Counted from the first letter of the whole stretch, positions 39,273-49,387 are shown. The stretch: DNA of 60,256 nt, filler included, from Theionarchaea archaeon (GCA_018992565.1; 3 parts of 3 records of this genome joined end to end with filler, not necessarily neighbours in it), one strand, 5' to 3'. The notes: generated from the letters alone by a model not told the origin. Numbers and translations: made by a program.

Positions 39273-40280
39273 ATGTTGAAAATTGTGGCAAGAAGTCTGA
39301 CAGGACAGAAGGTGCGCGTTTTTCTTACTATGCTTACCCTTGGGGTGGGAGTCATGGTTTTTGTGTCGCTTTCCGCTTTGCTACAAGGGCTAGAATTCTC
39401 AGTATACCATACATTTGAAGGATTCTCCACGCAGAGGGATATCCTGCTGGTAGAAGGAACAGTGGAACTTCCTGTACCTGTGCAGGCTGTTTCAGGCTGT
39501 ACTGTGGAGGAACGAACTCTTCCCGCCAGACCTGTACTCATAAAACATGTAGATTTTATCCAGTTTGAACGTCTTTCTTCCATTTCACTGGTAGAAGGTA
39601 GTTATCCCGCCGCAGGCAATGAATGTATAGTGGAGTATTTCTTCTCGGAAAAAGAAGGCATTACTCTGGGAGCCACCCTTTTTGAATACACGGTAGTAGG
39701 TATTTTCTTCCACCAGAAAGGGTTTTACACGCATGTCATTTCCCCCTTGCCGGGTACAGGATATGTTCTGACTGAAATCAAAGTTGACCCTGAGCAATAC
39801 AACGAAATCGCTTCACAGATACCTTCAGCTATTCCAGCGAGGGAGCTTTCCTATTTCTTTTCAAAGGGAACAGTCAACCTCTACGAGACTCTGAGACAAA
39901 TGCTGGGAATAGTAGTCGCTATTCTGGTGCTCAGCGTTTTCCTGAGTATGAATACGGCAGTACTGGAACGAAAATGGGAAATTGGAGTACTCAGGGCTCT
40001 AGGGGCCAAAAAATCATTTATCCTGCGCCTTTTCCTCTATGAGAGTGTCATTATTTCATTCCTGGCAGCAGGAATAGGAATAGCGTTGGGTATCATTTTC
40101 TCCAATTCGCTTACTGTCTTCTTCTCGGAGATTCAACAGGTCAAGGGAATTCAGCCTGTGATAACGGCGACGCTCCTGGTTGAGGCTGTAGCGGGTCCTC
40201 TGCTTATTGGTGTTCTGGGAGGCATACTCCCTGCATACAGGGCCTCCAGGATGGATATTGCTGAATGTCTGGTGATGTGA
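39273..40280 (+). CDS. FtsX/MacB-type ABC permease
   Basis: TM, extracellular domain, then AVLERKWEIGVLRALGA and PAYRASRMD. Confidence 0.9.
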   Translation: MLKIVARSLTGQKVRVFLTMLTLGVGVMVFVSLSALLQGLEFSVYHTFEGFSTQRDILLVEGTVELPVPVQAVSGCTVEERTLPARPVLIKHVDFIQFERLSSISLVEGSYPAAGNECIVEYFFSEKEGITLGATLFEYTVVGIFFHQKGFYTHVISPLPGTGYVLTEIKVDPEQYNEIASQIPSAIPARELSYFFSKGTVNLYETLRQMLGIVVAILVLSVFLSMNTAVLERKWEIGVLRALGAKKSFILRLFLYESVIISFLAAGIGIALGIIFSNSLTVFFSEIQQVKGIQPVITATLLVEAVAGPLLIGVLGGILPAYRASRMDIAECLVM

Positions 40281-43200
40281 TGCTCTCGCTTGTGAAAAAG
40301 CCAGTCTTGAAGAGGAGCAGAATCCTGACCACAGGTATTTCCATTGCCCTCTCTACTATGCTCTTCTTCTGCGTGGCTTCAGCCCTGGAATTCATAAGTC
40401 AGTCCTCTCAGGGGTATCTGGGCGATGAACATACATTCATTCTGACAGAAAGTGGATCTACAACCTTGAGAGATACCGTGCTGAGCATGAGCCTGGCTGA
40501 AGCTCTGCAGGAGCTGCCGGGGGTCAATGTCGTGAGCCCTGAGAATTTCTACTATGAGACATTGGAGGGAGAACCAGTTATCATCCGAGGAATCACTCCT
40601 GCTTTCTTCGCACTGGAACAGATATCAATACAGGGACGTCACCTTGATAGCTCTGATCTACATAGTGCTATACTTGGCAGCGAGATTTCTCAGAAATTCC
40701 ATTTGGGGCTGGGAGATTCCTTTATCATTCCTGATCCCATTCATTCCTCGTATATTGAGTTCACAGTAGTGGGTATTCTAACGCGCTCTGGTTTCTTGGA
40801 CAGTGAAATACTGATTCCCTTAGACAGTGGTTGGATACTAGCCCACCATCCCCGCATTGGCGAGGTCAGTGTTGTCAGGGTGAGGGCAGATCCTTTGATC
40901 TGGGATACCTATGAGGAACTGTATCATGTGCTCAGAGAGCCTCCTGAAATTTCTGAGCTTCACTCTCACTCTCTGCCAGATGAAGCTCAGACCATTCTTT
41001 CAGGAACAGTCCACGATAGTCTGAAGATCGACGTGGTACAGGTGTACTACCTGGTGAACAGCACGTGGAAGATGACACCCGCTCAGGTCGAGGGCACTGC
41101 TTTCAAGGCGGAGATACCTGCGCACAGTGAGCAGTACTATGTTACTGCACGAGATATATGTGGAAATATCACCTCTACTGCTGTACAAAAGACAGTGCCT
41201 TTGCAGTCACTGGATATTCCCTACGTAATTACACCTGAGAACCCAACTACAGATGATGCTGTCACACTACACTGCTACTTAGAGGCAGATGCCATCAGCC
41301 TGTACTACACGGTAGACGGGCCATGGTCTTCACTGGAAATGACAAGGGATGAGGGCGAATTCGTTTATGACCTGGGAACTGTGAAAGGGGAGCTTCTGTT
41401 TTACTTTGTAGTTGAGAGCGGGGGGAACGAGTATGAAAGTCCCATCTACAAATGCACAGTAGAAAAACAAAAAGAAAAGGGGTTCATACAGAGAATACTC
41501 ACAGGAGGAGAAAGTAAGCAACCCCAGATCATGTTTCCAGAAGGAATAAGCAGCAATTTTGATCTTCATTCGTCACAGGAATTTTCAGAGGAAATCAAGA
41601 AGGTGAGTCTCGGGAACCTGTACACCCTGACCATGGTAATCCTCCTGGTGACTGTCCTGGCGACAGTGATGGCTATTTTCTCTTCTATGACAGCAGCAGT
41701 CTTTGAATCCAGACGGGAAATTGGGATATTGCTCTCCCTGGGGAGCAGGCGGTCAGTACTCTACAGTGTGTTTCTCATCACTTCCCTGGCTGTTTCACTT
41801 GCTGCAGGAGTCATGGGAAGTCTAGGAGGATATGGGTTACTCCAACTCATCCATCGCTATGGAACCTTGGTGGCAGGGACCGTGCTCATAGAACCACTTT
41901 TGGATGCCCGCATCTTTCTCACAAGCCTCCTGTTTGCTGTAGGGATGGGGTGTGTAGCTACCTTTTTCTCAGTGAGGATACTCTCGTCTTTGAATCCTTC
42001 CCAGGCACTCAAGCAGGTATATCTCCTAAAGGAGTCTGAAAGAAAAATCCCTTCTTTTGTCCTCCCTCCTGGCAATGCAGCTAAGGGCATGGTAGTCGTC
42101 ATCCTGCTGCTGGTGTTTTCTGCTGGACTTCACCTGTACCCTTCCCTTCGCACTGGACTCCCCCTGGACCCTGACTCGTGGTCTCACTATTTCCTCTCTC
42201 ACGAGATGATCATGACACATCACGCGCTGGAAGAACATCCCTTCTTCTACGTTGACTATAACACGCACTGGCCTGGGATAACCTTTCTCCTGTCGGTGTG
42301 CAGCCTGAGCTCGGGGGTTGATTTGCTTGATACCACCCGGATTGCCATCCCTCTCATATCCTCAGGGTCACTGCTTCTTGTCTATGCACTCACCGTTTTG
42401 CTATCTCAGTCCAGGACTGCAGGGGTGGTTTCAGCTGCAGTCTTCTGCGTAGGAGGAATATACATTAATCGGTCTTCAGCAGTGACCAAGGAAAGCCTTG
42501 CTTTCACTCTCCTTCTCCTGACTATCTACTTCTATGGTGCAGGCAGAATAAAGAAGACTCTTGTCCTGTATTCTCTCTCATTTGTCAGCTATACATGTCT
42601 GCTGCTAACCCACCATATAACTTCACTGCTTTTTATTTTGGTTCTCCTTTCTACTCTTATTCCTCTGACAGTATATGAGCTGTACAGAGGAATGCACAAG
42701 AAATGGGTTGGTGTTCTTGACGTGGCCTTTACAGTGTACTGTATTGTCTTGTTTTACTGGTTCAATAAGGACATGGGCGAATTCCTGCAGTTTGGATTGA
42801 GTGATATCTCTCTGCTGCTGTCCTATCTCCTTGTTGTGGGCAGCATTTCCACATATCTGGCCCTGAGACAGGGTCTCAGAAAGGCTGTTTTCCTGTGCCT
42901 GGGTGGCTCAGTCTGTATGGTGCTCCTTCCTTACTTCATCGTAGGGTTTACTGTGTATCCTGCAGCTCCAGCAGAATTTCTCAAAGAGGTTCCTCCCTAT
43001 GCGGTGTGGCTGATTCTTGGGAGTATTGGCATCATTCCCCTGCTGAGCCAGTCCGCAGAGAGAAGGCTTTTCTTTTCAGGATGGATTGCTGCAGTGGGCT
43101 CTTTCCTGCTATTCGCCTTAACCCGGGAACGATCTGCATTTAGTTTCTTACTGCTGTTCAGGTCGATTTCCTACGGATACCAGCTCCTGGCCATAGCAGC

Positions 43201-43648
43201 AGGAATGGGAATTGTACTTCTCGTGCAGAAAGTGTATTCGCGGAGTCGCACTGGAGTGCTCCTTCTCGGGGTTGCAGTGGTGGTGCTCTCCTTGTATTCT
43301 GTTCAGTCAGGGTATCTGGGAAACTACTATGAACAGAAGGATCTGTACTGGATGCCCGAGTATGCTGCAGGGGTCTGGGCGAGCCAGTACCTTACAGGTC
43401 CCGCTCTTACCGATGAGCGGCTTGGCAAGCTTCTCCAGGGTGTTGCAGAGGTTGACTATGATGTAGTTGGATTCAGTGAGCTCATGATAAAAGGAGAAGG
43501 CCCGGATGGCGTGATCATGTTGTATGAGGATATGCAGTCATATGGATTTGTGGTAGACGTGAATTTCTTGAAACCTGAGCAGCCTACAGATTTCTATGAC
43601 TGTGTTTATGCCAACCCAGTTGTCACTGCAGTCAGAAAAAAAGAATAG
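40280..43648 (+). CDS. FtsX/MacB-type permease with an Ig-like insert, fused to a C-terminal GT-C-like multi-pass domain
   Basis: AVFESRREIGILLSLGS FtsX motif; after ~aa 600, DPDSWSH...WPG, TKESLA, LTHHITS and about a dozen more TM helices; one uninterrupted frame. Confidence 0.8.
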   Translation: MLSLVKKPVLKRSRILTTGISIALSTMLFFCVASALEFISQSSQGYLGDEHTFILTESGSTTLRDTVLSMSLAEALQELPGVNVVSPENFYYETLEGEPVIIRGITPAFFALEQISIQGRHLDSSDLHSAILGSEISQKFHLGLGDSFIIPDPIHSSYIEFTVVGILTRSGFLDSEILIPLDSGWILAHHPRIGEVSVVRVRADPLIWDTYEELYHVLREPPEISELHSHSLPDEAQTILSGTVHDSLKIDVVQVYYLVNSTWKMTPAQVEGTAFKAEIPAHSEQYYVTARDICGNITSTAVQKTVPLQSLDIPYVITPENPTTDDAVTLHCYLEADAISLYYTVDGPWSSLEMTRDEGEFVYDLGTVKGELLFYFVVESGGNEYESPIYKCTVEKQKEKGFIQRILTGGESKQPQIMFPEGISSNFDLHSSQEFSEEIKKVSLGNLYTLTMVILLVTVLATVMAIFSSMTAAVFESRREIGILLSLGSRRSVLYSVFLITSLAVSLAAGVMGSLGGYGLLQLIHRYGTLVAGTVLIEPLLDARIFLTSLLFAVGMGCVATFFSVRILSSLNPSQALKQVYLLKESERKIPSFVLPPGNAAKGMVVVILLLVFSAGLHLYPSLRTGLPLDPDSWSHYFLSHEMIMTHHALEEHPFFYVDYNTHWPGITFLLSVCSLSSGVDLLDTTRIAIPLISSGSLLLVYALTVLLSQSRTAGVVSAAVFCVGGIYINRSSAVTKESLAFTLLLLTIYFYGAGRIKKTLVLYSLSFVSYTCLLLTHHITSLLFILVLLSTLIPLTVYELYRGMHKKWVGVLDVAFTVYCIVLFYWFNKDMGEFLQFGLSDISLLLSYLLVVGSISTYLALRQGLRKAVFLCLGGSVCMVLLPYFIVGFTVYPAAPAEFLKEVPPYAVWLILGSIGIIPLLSQSAERRLFFSGWIAAVGSFLLFALTRERSAFSFLLLFRSISYGYQLLAIAAGMGIVLLVQKVYSRSRTGVLLLGVAVVVLSLYSVQSGYLGNYYEQKDLYWMPEYAAGVWASQYLTGPALTDERLGKLLQGVAEVDYDVVGFSELMIKGEGPDGVIMLYEDMQSYGFVVDVNFLKPEQPTDFYDCVYANPVVTAVRKKE

Positions 43649-43662
43649 CCCACTCAGGGTTC

Positions 43663-44016
43663 TCATCTCTCTCTGCTTTTCCTGATATAAAGCCGCCGTG
43701 TAGCACCGAAAAGCAGGCATGTCACACTGAGTAAAGACAGGGAATACACTACCGGAATCAGAGAAATCTCCCACAGGATATCAAGAATTACACCCCCCAG
43801 GACGACAACACAGATACTCAACCCAAAGCTCAGGGCTGCCGTTTCTATGGAATCTAATTCCCTATGAGGAAACAGTGCATATACAAGGGAAAATCCAGGG
43901 AGGAAAAGGACGAATAGAAATCCTGTAACTGCTCTTCCATATACAGGGGCAACAATCCACATAATGCTTATTGACGCCAGTATGCTGACCATGAGGATAT
44001 CCCTCGATTTCACCAT
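43663..44016 (-). CDS. Short DUF1616 membrane protein
   Basis: FVLFLPGFSLVYALFP and ALSFGLSI. Confidence 0.8.
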   Translation of the reverse strand: MVKSRDILMVSILASISIMWIVAPVYGRAVTGFLFVLFLPGFSLVYALFPHRELDSIETAALSFGLSICVVVLGGVILDILWEISLIPVVYSLSLLSVTCLLFGATRRLYIRKSRER

Positions 44017-44072
44017 AGCTCTCCTTACTGTCACCATTTTTAAGGTTGTGTGCTGAGCTGTCCTGGACACGA

Positions 44073-46127
44073 TCACGTAAGGAAGACTGCCCGTGTCAAG
44101 GGGGCATGCTGCCCCTCTTTCAATACAATGAAGAACTGTGACAATTGAGGCATATTCAAGAATATACGCTGCATGCCAGAACCTGGCGCTGCCTTGATGG
44201 TGAAGTCATAGACAGCAGCATCCTGTGATCCAGTCGTTCTTATAACAAGAGAGCAGTCCAGATCAACAGGATCTGCTGCAGGGTTATAGGTATACACCCC
44301 AATATCCAGCATGCCCCCTGAGATTGAATACTCGAAATTGGTCACTAAGGCTTCCTTATATGTAACCTTGAAGAGTTTCAGATCTTCGTATTCAAAAACA
44401 AGCTCCATTCCACCAACATCTGCAAAGTACAGGTTACACAGGGCAGAATCCTGGTAGGGAACAGGGTCTTTGGCAAAGAGAATCATGTGGTAGAAGCGCT
44501 GTACAGTCTGTGCGTCCAGAGCCACATACTGTATCCTCTGGTACCTCAGATAGTTCACTCCCTTTTCAGGAGTAGTACAGAAAAAATCGGCAGCCTTTTC
44601 CGGCTTCTGGGCCATAATAGTATCTGTCACAGTGCAGCGCTCAGCTATGGCCTGGAACCAATTGCTCTGATCCCATTCTGTGAGAATAGAGGCATCTGGG
44701 GAGCTGTTGTGCAACAACCAGGAGCTGGCTTCTTCCCAGGAGGGAGTGATATACGGCTCGGTGCTGCTGTACGTGTAGAAGGAGCTGTACAGAGGAACCA
44801 GCACATACAGGAAGATTACTGAATATTTGGCTATCATTTTGATTGAGGGTGAACGGATAGCATGCTCTGTAGAATGAAAGAAGTAATAAAAGGCAATGGC
44901 AGAAAAAGCGCAGATACCGGGAGCAGCAGCGAAGAGGAATCGGTTGAGGGTAACACTCAGGTAGAGAGATAGCAGCGTCCACGCACTCACCATGCATAGA
45001 GACACAGGGTCTGGCGTGTGGGGCTCCAACCCTTTCCTTTTGATTAAGGAGACCACAAGGAGAAGTGCTCCAAAGATAACCATGAGGACCAGAGAATTGT
45101 ATGCAGACAGAAACACAGAAGGAGTCACTGGCTGGAGTTCCATGATCTGTTGAGAAAGCATACTCTTAGGCAGAAAGAAGGCAGTGCGGGAAATCAGGAA
45201 TCCTTTCACAAATGAAAGATGCTTCCAGAACGCAATCACAAAAAAGAAGGGCAAGACTAGTAGAACACTCCCCAGGATTCGTCCTTTCCGTATGAAGATA
45301 CACCGCGTCAGGTCTGTGTATGCCAGTATTAAACCTCCTCCAAGCACGGAAAGACTCATCTTAACCACGAAATCAGCCATTAGGTTACCATATATTTGGT
45401 TTGAATAATAGAAAAGTGCGATTGAAGGTATAGAAACGCAGAAAAATATGAATGAATGCTTAAAATTAGTTTTTTTTCTAAACAAATCCATTAAACTTGC
45501 AAAGAAAGAAAATGACAACAATATCAATACTATCAAAATCCAGCCGTTGAATATGAGCATTGCTGTTGCAAGAAGTCCAACTTCCAGAGTAGTCCACACC
45601 AGAACTGCCGATCCTGAGCTTCTGTATGCTTTCAGATAGACGTAGATGGCAAGGATAAGAATGACCACCATGAAGACATCTCCCCTGTATACGCCTGAAG
45701 TACTCCGAATGGAGGCTGCAGAGACTATGGCCAGGAAAAAAGCAGACAAGAACCCAATCTTTCTGTTAAAGGCGTTCGTCATAAGTATATAGATGAAGAC
45801 AACTGCACTCGTTCCAAAAAGAATGGGCCACAGCTGGAAGAAATGCATGAGATGGGACTCATTATCAGACATAACCTCGTAGGGAATAAGAAGAATATAG
45901 TAGAACCCTGGAGGAGTCCAGTTCTTCCCAGTTCCCGGGAAATTCGAGAGGTTGTTCCAGGGGGAGTAATGATGCGTTTGAGCAAAGTCTGTCTTGGTCA
46001 CTGTATAGTGGAGCCAGGGGTCGGCCCATGGTAGAGTCTGATGTTCGAGACTCATAATTCTTACAGAAAGAGCAAGTAACACAAGAAGCATAACTAAAAC
46101 TAAAAGCGGGGCTGTTTTCTCTTTCAT
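44073..46127 (-). CDS. STT3/AglB-family oligosaccharyltransferase homologue with a divergent acceptor motif
   Basis: DPWLH, PPG, RSTSGVYRGD, QIMELQP, NRF, WEEASSWL and ILTEWDQS (WWDYG position). Confidence 0.8.
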   Translation of the reverse strand: MKEKTAPLLVLVMLLVLLALSVRIMSLEHQTLPWADPWLHYTVTKTDFAQTHHYSPWNNLSNFPGTGKNWTPPGFYYILLIPYEVMSDNESHLMHFFQLWPILFGTSAVVFIYILMTNAFNRKIGFLSAFFLAIVSAASIRSTSGVYRGDVFMVVILILAIYVYLKAYRSSGSAVLVWTTLEVGLLATAMLIFNGWILIVLILLSFSFFASLMDLFRKKTNFKHSFIFFCVSIPSIALFYYSNQIYGNLMADFVVKMSLSVLGGGLILAYTDLTRCIFIRKGRILGSVLLVLPFFFVIAFWKHLSFVKGFLISRTAFFLPKSMLSQQIMELQPVTPSVFLSAYNSLVLMVIFGALLLVVSLIKRKGLEPHTPDPVSLCMVSAWTLLSLYLSVTLNRFLFAAAPGICAFSAIAFYYFFHSTEHAIRSPSIKMIAKYSVIFLYVLVPLYSSFYTYSSTEPYITPSWEEASSWLLHNSSPDASILTEWDQSNWFQAIAERCTVTDTIMAQKPEKAADFFCTTPEKGVNYLRYQRIQYVALDAQTVQRFYHMILFAKDPVPYQDSALCNLYFADVGGMELVFEYEDLKLFKVTYKEALVTNFEYSISGGMLDIGVYTYNPAADPVDLDCSLVIRTTGSQDAAVYDFTIKAAPGSGMQRIFLNMPQLSQFFIVLKEGQHAPLTRAVFLT

Positions 46128-46143
46128 GGGGATCTTGATCTAC

Positions 46144-46581
46144 CTATCTCGCCTGAAATCTCCAGTAACCATCTCCTGGCATTCTCCACATCAAGCCATC
46201 CACAGTGTAGACAGACAAATAGTAATCGTATGGTCCCCTGTCCAAGCAAATAGACCCGTCGTACCGCCCTGTTCTTCCATTGTACATCAATTCAAGCTGG
46301 GTTCCTGATCTGAAAATACAAATGACCCGGGCAATGTCGTAGTCCCCTTCATTTACATGAGCAGATATACTGACCCAGCAATCTTCCTGACGGATGCTAA
46401 CAAACTCCTCTATAGCATGAGGTATAATTGGAGGAAGAGAACTACCACGATTCCCACCGAATCTGTTCCCGAAGTTGCCCTGTCCATACATTAATAGTGG
46501 CAGCCCTACAGTGGAGAATAGCAAAATCGCAATCATGGAAACCAGAATCCAGCTCTTGGTAAGAACACCTTTTTCAGCCAT
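46144..46581 (-). CDS. Small exported or membrane-anchored protein with a beta-sandwich-like domain
   Basis: N-terminal hydrophobic helix, G/N-rich linker, beta-rich C-terminus; TATA at ~46616; first gene of the STT3 operon. Confidence 0.7.
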   Translation of the reverse strand: MAEKGVLTKSWILVSMIAILLFSTVGLPLLMYGQGNFGNRFGGNRGSSLPPIIPHAIEEFVSIRQEDCWVSISAHVNEGDYDIARVICIFRSGTQLELMYNGRTGRYDGSICLDRGPYDYYLSVYTVDGLMWRMPGDGYWRFQAR

Positions 46582-46944
46582 GTATCTCGCCTGAGAGTAT
46601 TAGACATTTGATGCATATAAACCTTTGGGCATTCTGTCCACAGTTGCATGAATTTTTGCGATTTTGACGAATATTCCTGATGCTTGGACTAACTTCATCT
46701 GTGTAACTCAGGATATGTATATGGTTGGTTAATATAAAAAGTGTTCATTCTTCAGGGTAGAAAAACAGGATGACCACGATGAGCAAAGAGTACTCTGAAG
46801 CTGTGGCTCCTCAGTGGGTTCAGATGAGAAGAGGATTCTCTTCTCCGACAGTGAGTAGCTCGGCAGGAGTATCTTTATTAACGTGTGAAGAAGAAAGAGC
46901 TCGAAAAATAATGGAGGACAGCTGATGTTTTGGAAGTGAACAGA

Positions 46945-47652
46945 ATGAAGAGAAGACCATTTCCAATAAGATACTGGCGAATCTACAAAAGTATAGGTAT
47001 ATGCCTCATAGCATCCTTCTTTTTTTCAGTCATTCCTCTCCTTTTCTTGTGGCTCAACACAATTCTAGCAGTAATCATATTACTGGTACTTCTCATAGGA
47101 ATGCAGTTTTATCACCTGGGATCAGCAGCGGAAGTCTTCTCGAGATTATTCTGCCTTTTTGAAGACGAAATCGAGTTTGATTGGCTGAGATTTATTCTTT
47201 CAACACAGAAAGAGTCAATTCTCTACTATTTTTCCTCTAGTCCATATTCTATTTGGATTTATCTCAAGTACTTCAGTCCACGTGGCGAACCTCCTCCTGA
47301 ACACTACCAGGTTTGGAAAGAGACTTCATGGCCTTCAAGAATAAGGGTATCTCCGTACTACTTTGCAAGATGTCTCGCACCTGATCCTATAGGGCGATTT
47401 TTGCCCCCGGGATTGAAAGTCTTGAAAGGGCCACCTGACACAATTAGTGACGAACTCAAACCCTATTTCCCCAGAAAAGAGACTTCTATTGCCTCGCTTC
47501 GACATATTGGCCTCGCAAGAAGATCCAATAGGAATATCTTGATAGCTTTGCTCACCACTGAGGCCTCCCTTGAAGATTTTCAGCTTGTTTTCTCTATTCT
47601 TGATGAAATAGAGGATAGAATACGGAAAAGTAGTGAACCCGAAGTCTGGTGA
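46945..47652 (+). CDS. Hypothetical membrane protein
   Basis: Two N-terminal TM helices plus a soluble domain; family not recognised. Confidence 0.6.
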   Translation: MKRRPFPIRYWRIYKSIGICLIASFFFSVIPLLFLWLNTILAVIILLVLLIGMQFYHLGSAAEVFSRLFCLFEDEIEFDWLRFILSTQKESILYYFSSSPYSIWIYLKYFSPRGEPPPEHYQVWKETSWPSRIRVSPYYFARCLAPDPIGRFLPPGLKVLKGPPDTISDELKPYFPRKETSIASLRHIGLARRSNRNILIALLTTEASLEDFQLVFSILDEIEDRIRKSSEPEVW

Positions 47653-47880
47653 AGACATCCCGTTCCAACCCAGTTCACTGGTCCGGCACTCATACTCTTG
47701 GCATTTGGTATTGGGAAGTACTAGGAGTGGAATTCCCGTAAGGTAGAATTCCTGGTTCTTTTTGATTATTGCCAAGTTATCATAAATCATGGAAAAAAGT
47801 TATATACACGAAAAGTATGTATGTATCTTGTCCACTGTGATGTGAGGTCTTGCACTGATCGCAGGAATATGGAGAGAATA

Positions 47881-49269
47881 ATGATGAGGTCAAGGAACAT
47901 TAATCTGGTCATGGCTTTCTTGGCACTGACATTGTCTATTGAAGGCGCAATCGTTTCTGGGGATTCTGACACTCTGCAGGATCACTGGGGAGCAGCTATC
48001 TATGGAGACATTGTAGTCTGGATGGCCACGACCAATAGTCGAGAGGACATCTATGGGTATAATCTTGCGACAAAGCATATGTTCCAGGTCACCACGCATG
48101 CAGGCCCTCAAGAGTTTCCTGCAGTCTATGACGATATTGTTGTCTGGATGGACTACAGAAACCGAAATTGGGACATCTATGGGTATAACCTGACCACAGG
48201 ACAGGAGTTTGAGGTAGCAAAAGCAGATGGCGATCAAATGGATACAGCAATCTATGATGGCATTGTCTTATGGGCAGACAACAGGAATGGCAACTGGGAT
48301 ATCTATGGATACAACCTGTCCACAGGAGAAGAGCTTTACCTGAGCAGTGCTGAATCGAACCAGATGAGTCCAGCGATCTATGACAATGTTGTTGTATGGT
48401 CAGATGACAGGAATGGTAGTTGGGACATCTATGCTTGTGACGTGTTGACAGGAAAGGAAATTCCGATAGCTGTAGCCCCTGGAGACCAGAAAGTTCCAGA
48501 AATCTTTGAGGATTTTGTTATATGGAGAGACAATAGAAACGGAAACTGGGATATCTATGGTTACAATCTAACCACAGCCCAAGAGGTTCCCATAGTAATA
48601 AACCCCAGCAGTCAGGCCTTGGGAGGAATATATGGGAATATTGTGGTCTGGGTGGATGATCGAAATGGTGACTTCGATGTCTATGGCTATGATTTAGCGG
48701 CAGAGGAGGAATTTGCCATAGCAGTTGTTCCTAACAATCAATTGATGCCAGCAATCCATGGAGACACTGTGGTATGGACTGAGGGCAGAAATGACCGCTT
48801 GGACTTGTACGGACACTCGTTATCTAGCAGATTGGGGTTCTGGATTACAGGCGAAGACCAGCAACCTCATGAGGGAGAGACTGAAGACTACGAAGCAGAA
48901 TATCTTGTACTCGAAACCTACCATCTGGAAGGAGCTATCCTCACTGTATGCTTCCAGAATAAGCTGGATACAGAAAGCATTATGAGCAGTGAATATAAGA
49001 ATGATTCGTTGATCACTTCCCAGCTGCAAGAGATTTTGCAGGGAAATGCCCAAACGTGCTTTTCACTACATGGTGAGTATGCAATTGGAGACAACGTCAC
49101 TTTGCTCACTGAAAAAGGGACAATACTTTCATTTACTGTGAATCCAGAGGAAGTGGAGACTCCATCCGAGATGGATGTATATACAAAGCTCGTATTTCTG
49201 ATTCCTCTTCTGTTGGCTGCAATCCTTGTCCTTTTTGTCATATTGAGGAAAAAGGGCGGATACGTGTAA
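47881..49269 (+). CDS. Cell-surface beta-propeller repeat protein (Methanosarcina-type repeat) with a C-terminal TM anchor
   Basis: Seven repeats of PAIYxxxVVWxDxRNGNWDIYGYNLxTGxE, a signal peptide, and TM followed by RKK. Confidence 0.85.
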   Translation: MMRSRNINLVMAFLALTLSIEGAIVSGDSDTLQDHWGAAIYGDIVVWMATTNSREDIYGYNLATKHMFQVTTHAGPQEFPAVYDDIVVWMDYRNRNWDIYGYNLTTGQEFEVAKADGDQMDTAIYDGIVLWADNRNGNWDIYGYNLSTGEELYLSSAESNQMSPAIYDNVVVWSDDRNGSWDIYACDVLTGKEIPIAVAPGDQKVPEIFEDFVIWRDNRNGNWDIYGYNLTTAQEVPIVINPSSQALGGIYGNIVVWVDDRNGDFDVYGYDLAAEEEFAIAVVPNNQLMPAIHGDTVVWTEGRNDRLDLYGHSLSSRLGFWITGEDQQPHEGETEDYEAEYLVLETYHLEGAILTVCFQNKLDTESIMSSEYKNDSLITSQLQEILQGNAQTCFSLHGEYAIGDNVTLLTEKGTILSFTVNPEEVETPSEMDVYTKLVFLIPLLLAAILVLFVILRKKGGYV

Positions 49270-49387
49270 TAGAAAGGGAAATGTAGGTAATATCTGAATG
49301 AGCGAGAAGAAAAGTGGCATACAACCGCGCTTGAGACGAGCATGCAACGACTTATGAGCAGAACCTGGTACAGTTCACAGTGATACT

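Noticed and set aside
46770..46925. 51-aa ORF containing a perfect GAGAAGAG/CTCTTCTC hairpin
   Set aside because: No recognisable motif, and a single hairpin is not enough to call a gene or ncRNA
47980..48820. Regularly spaced TGGGACATCTATGG-like repeats resembling a CRISPR array
   Set aside because: Degenerate, in-frame ~120-nt units encoding beta-propeller blades; no cas genes
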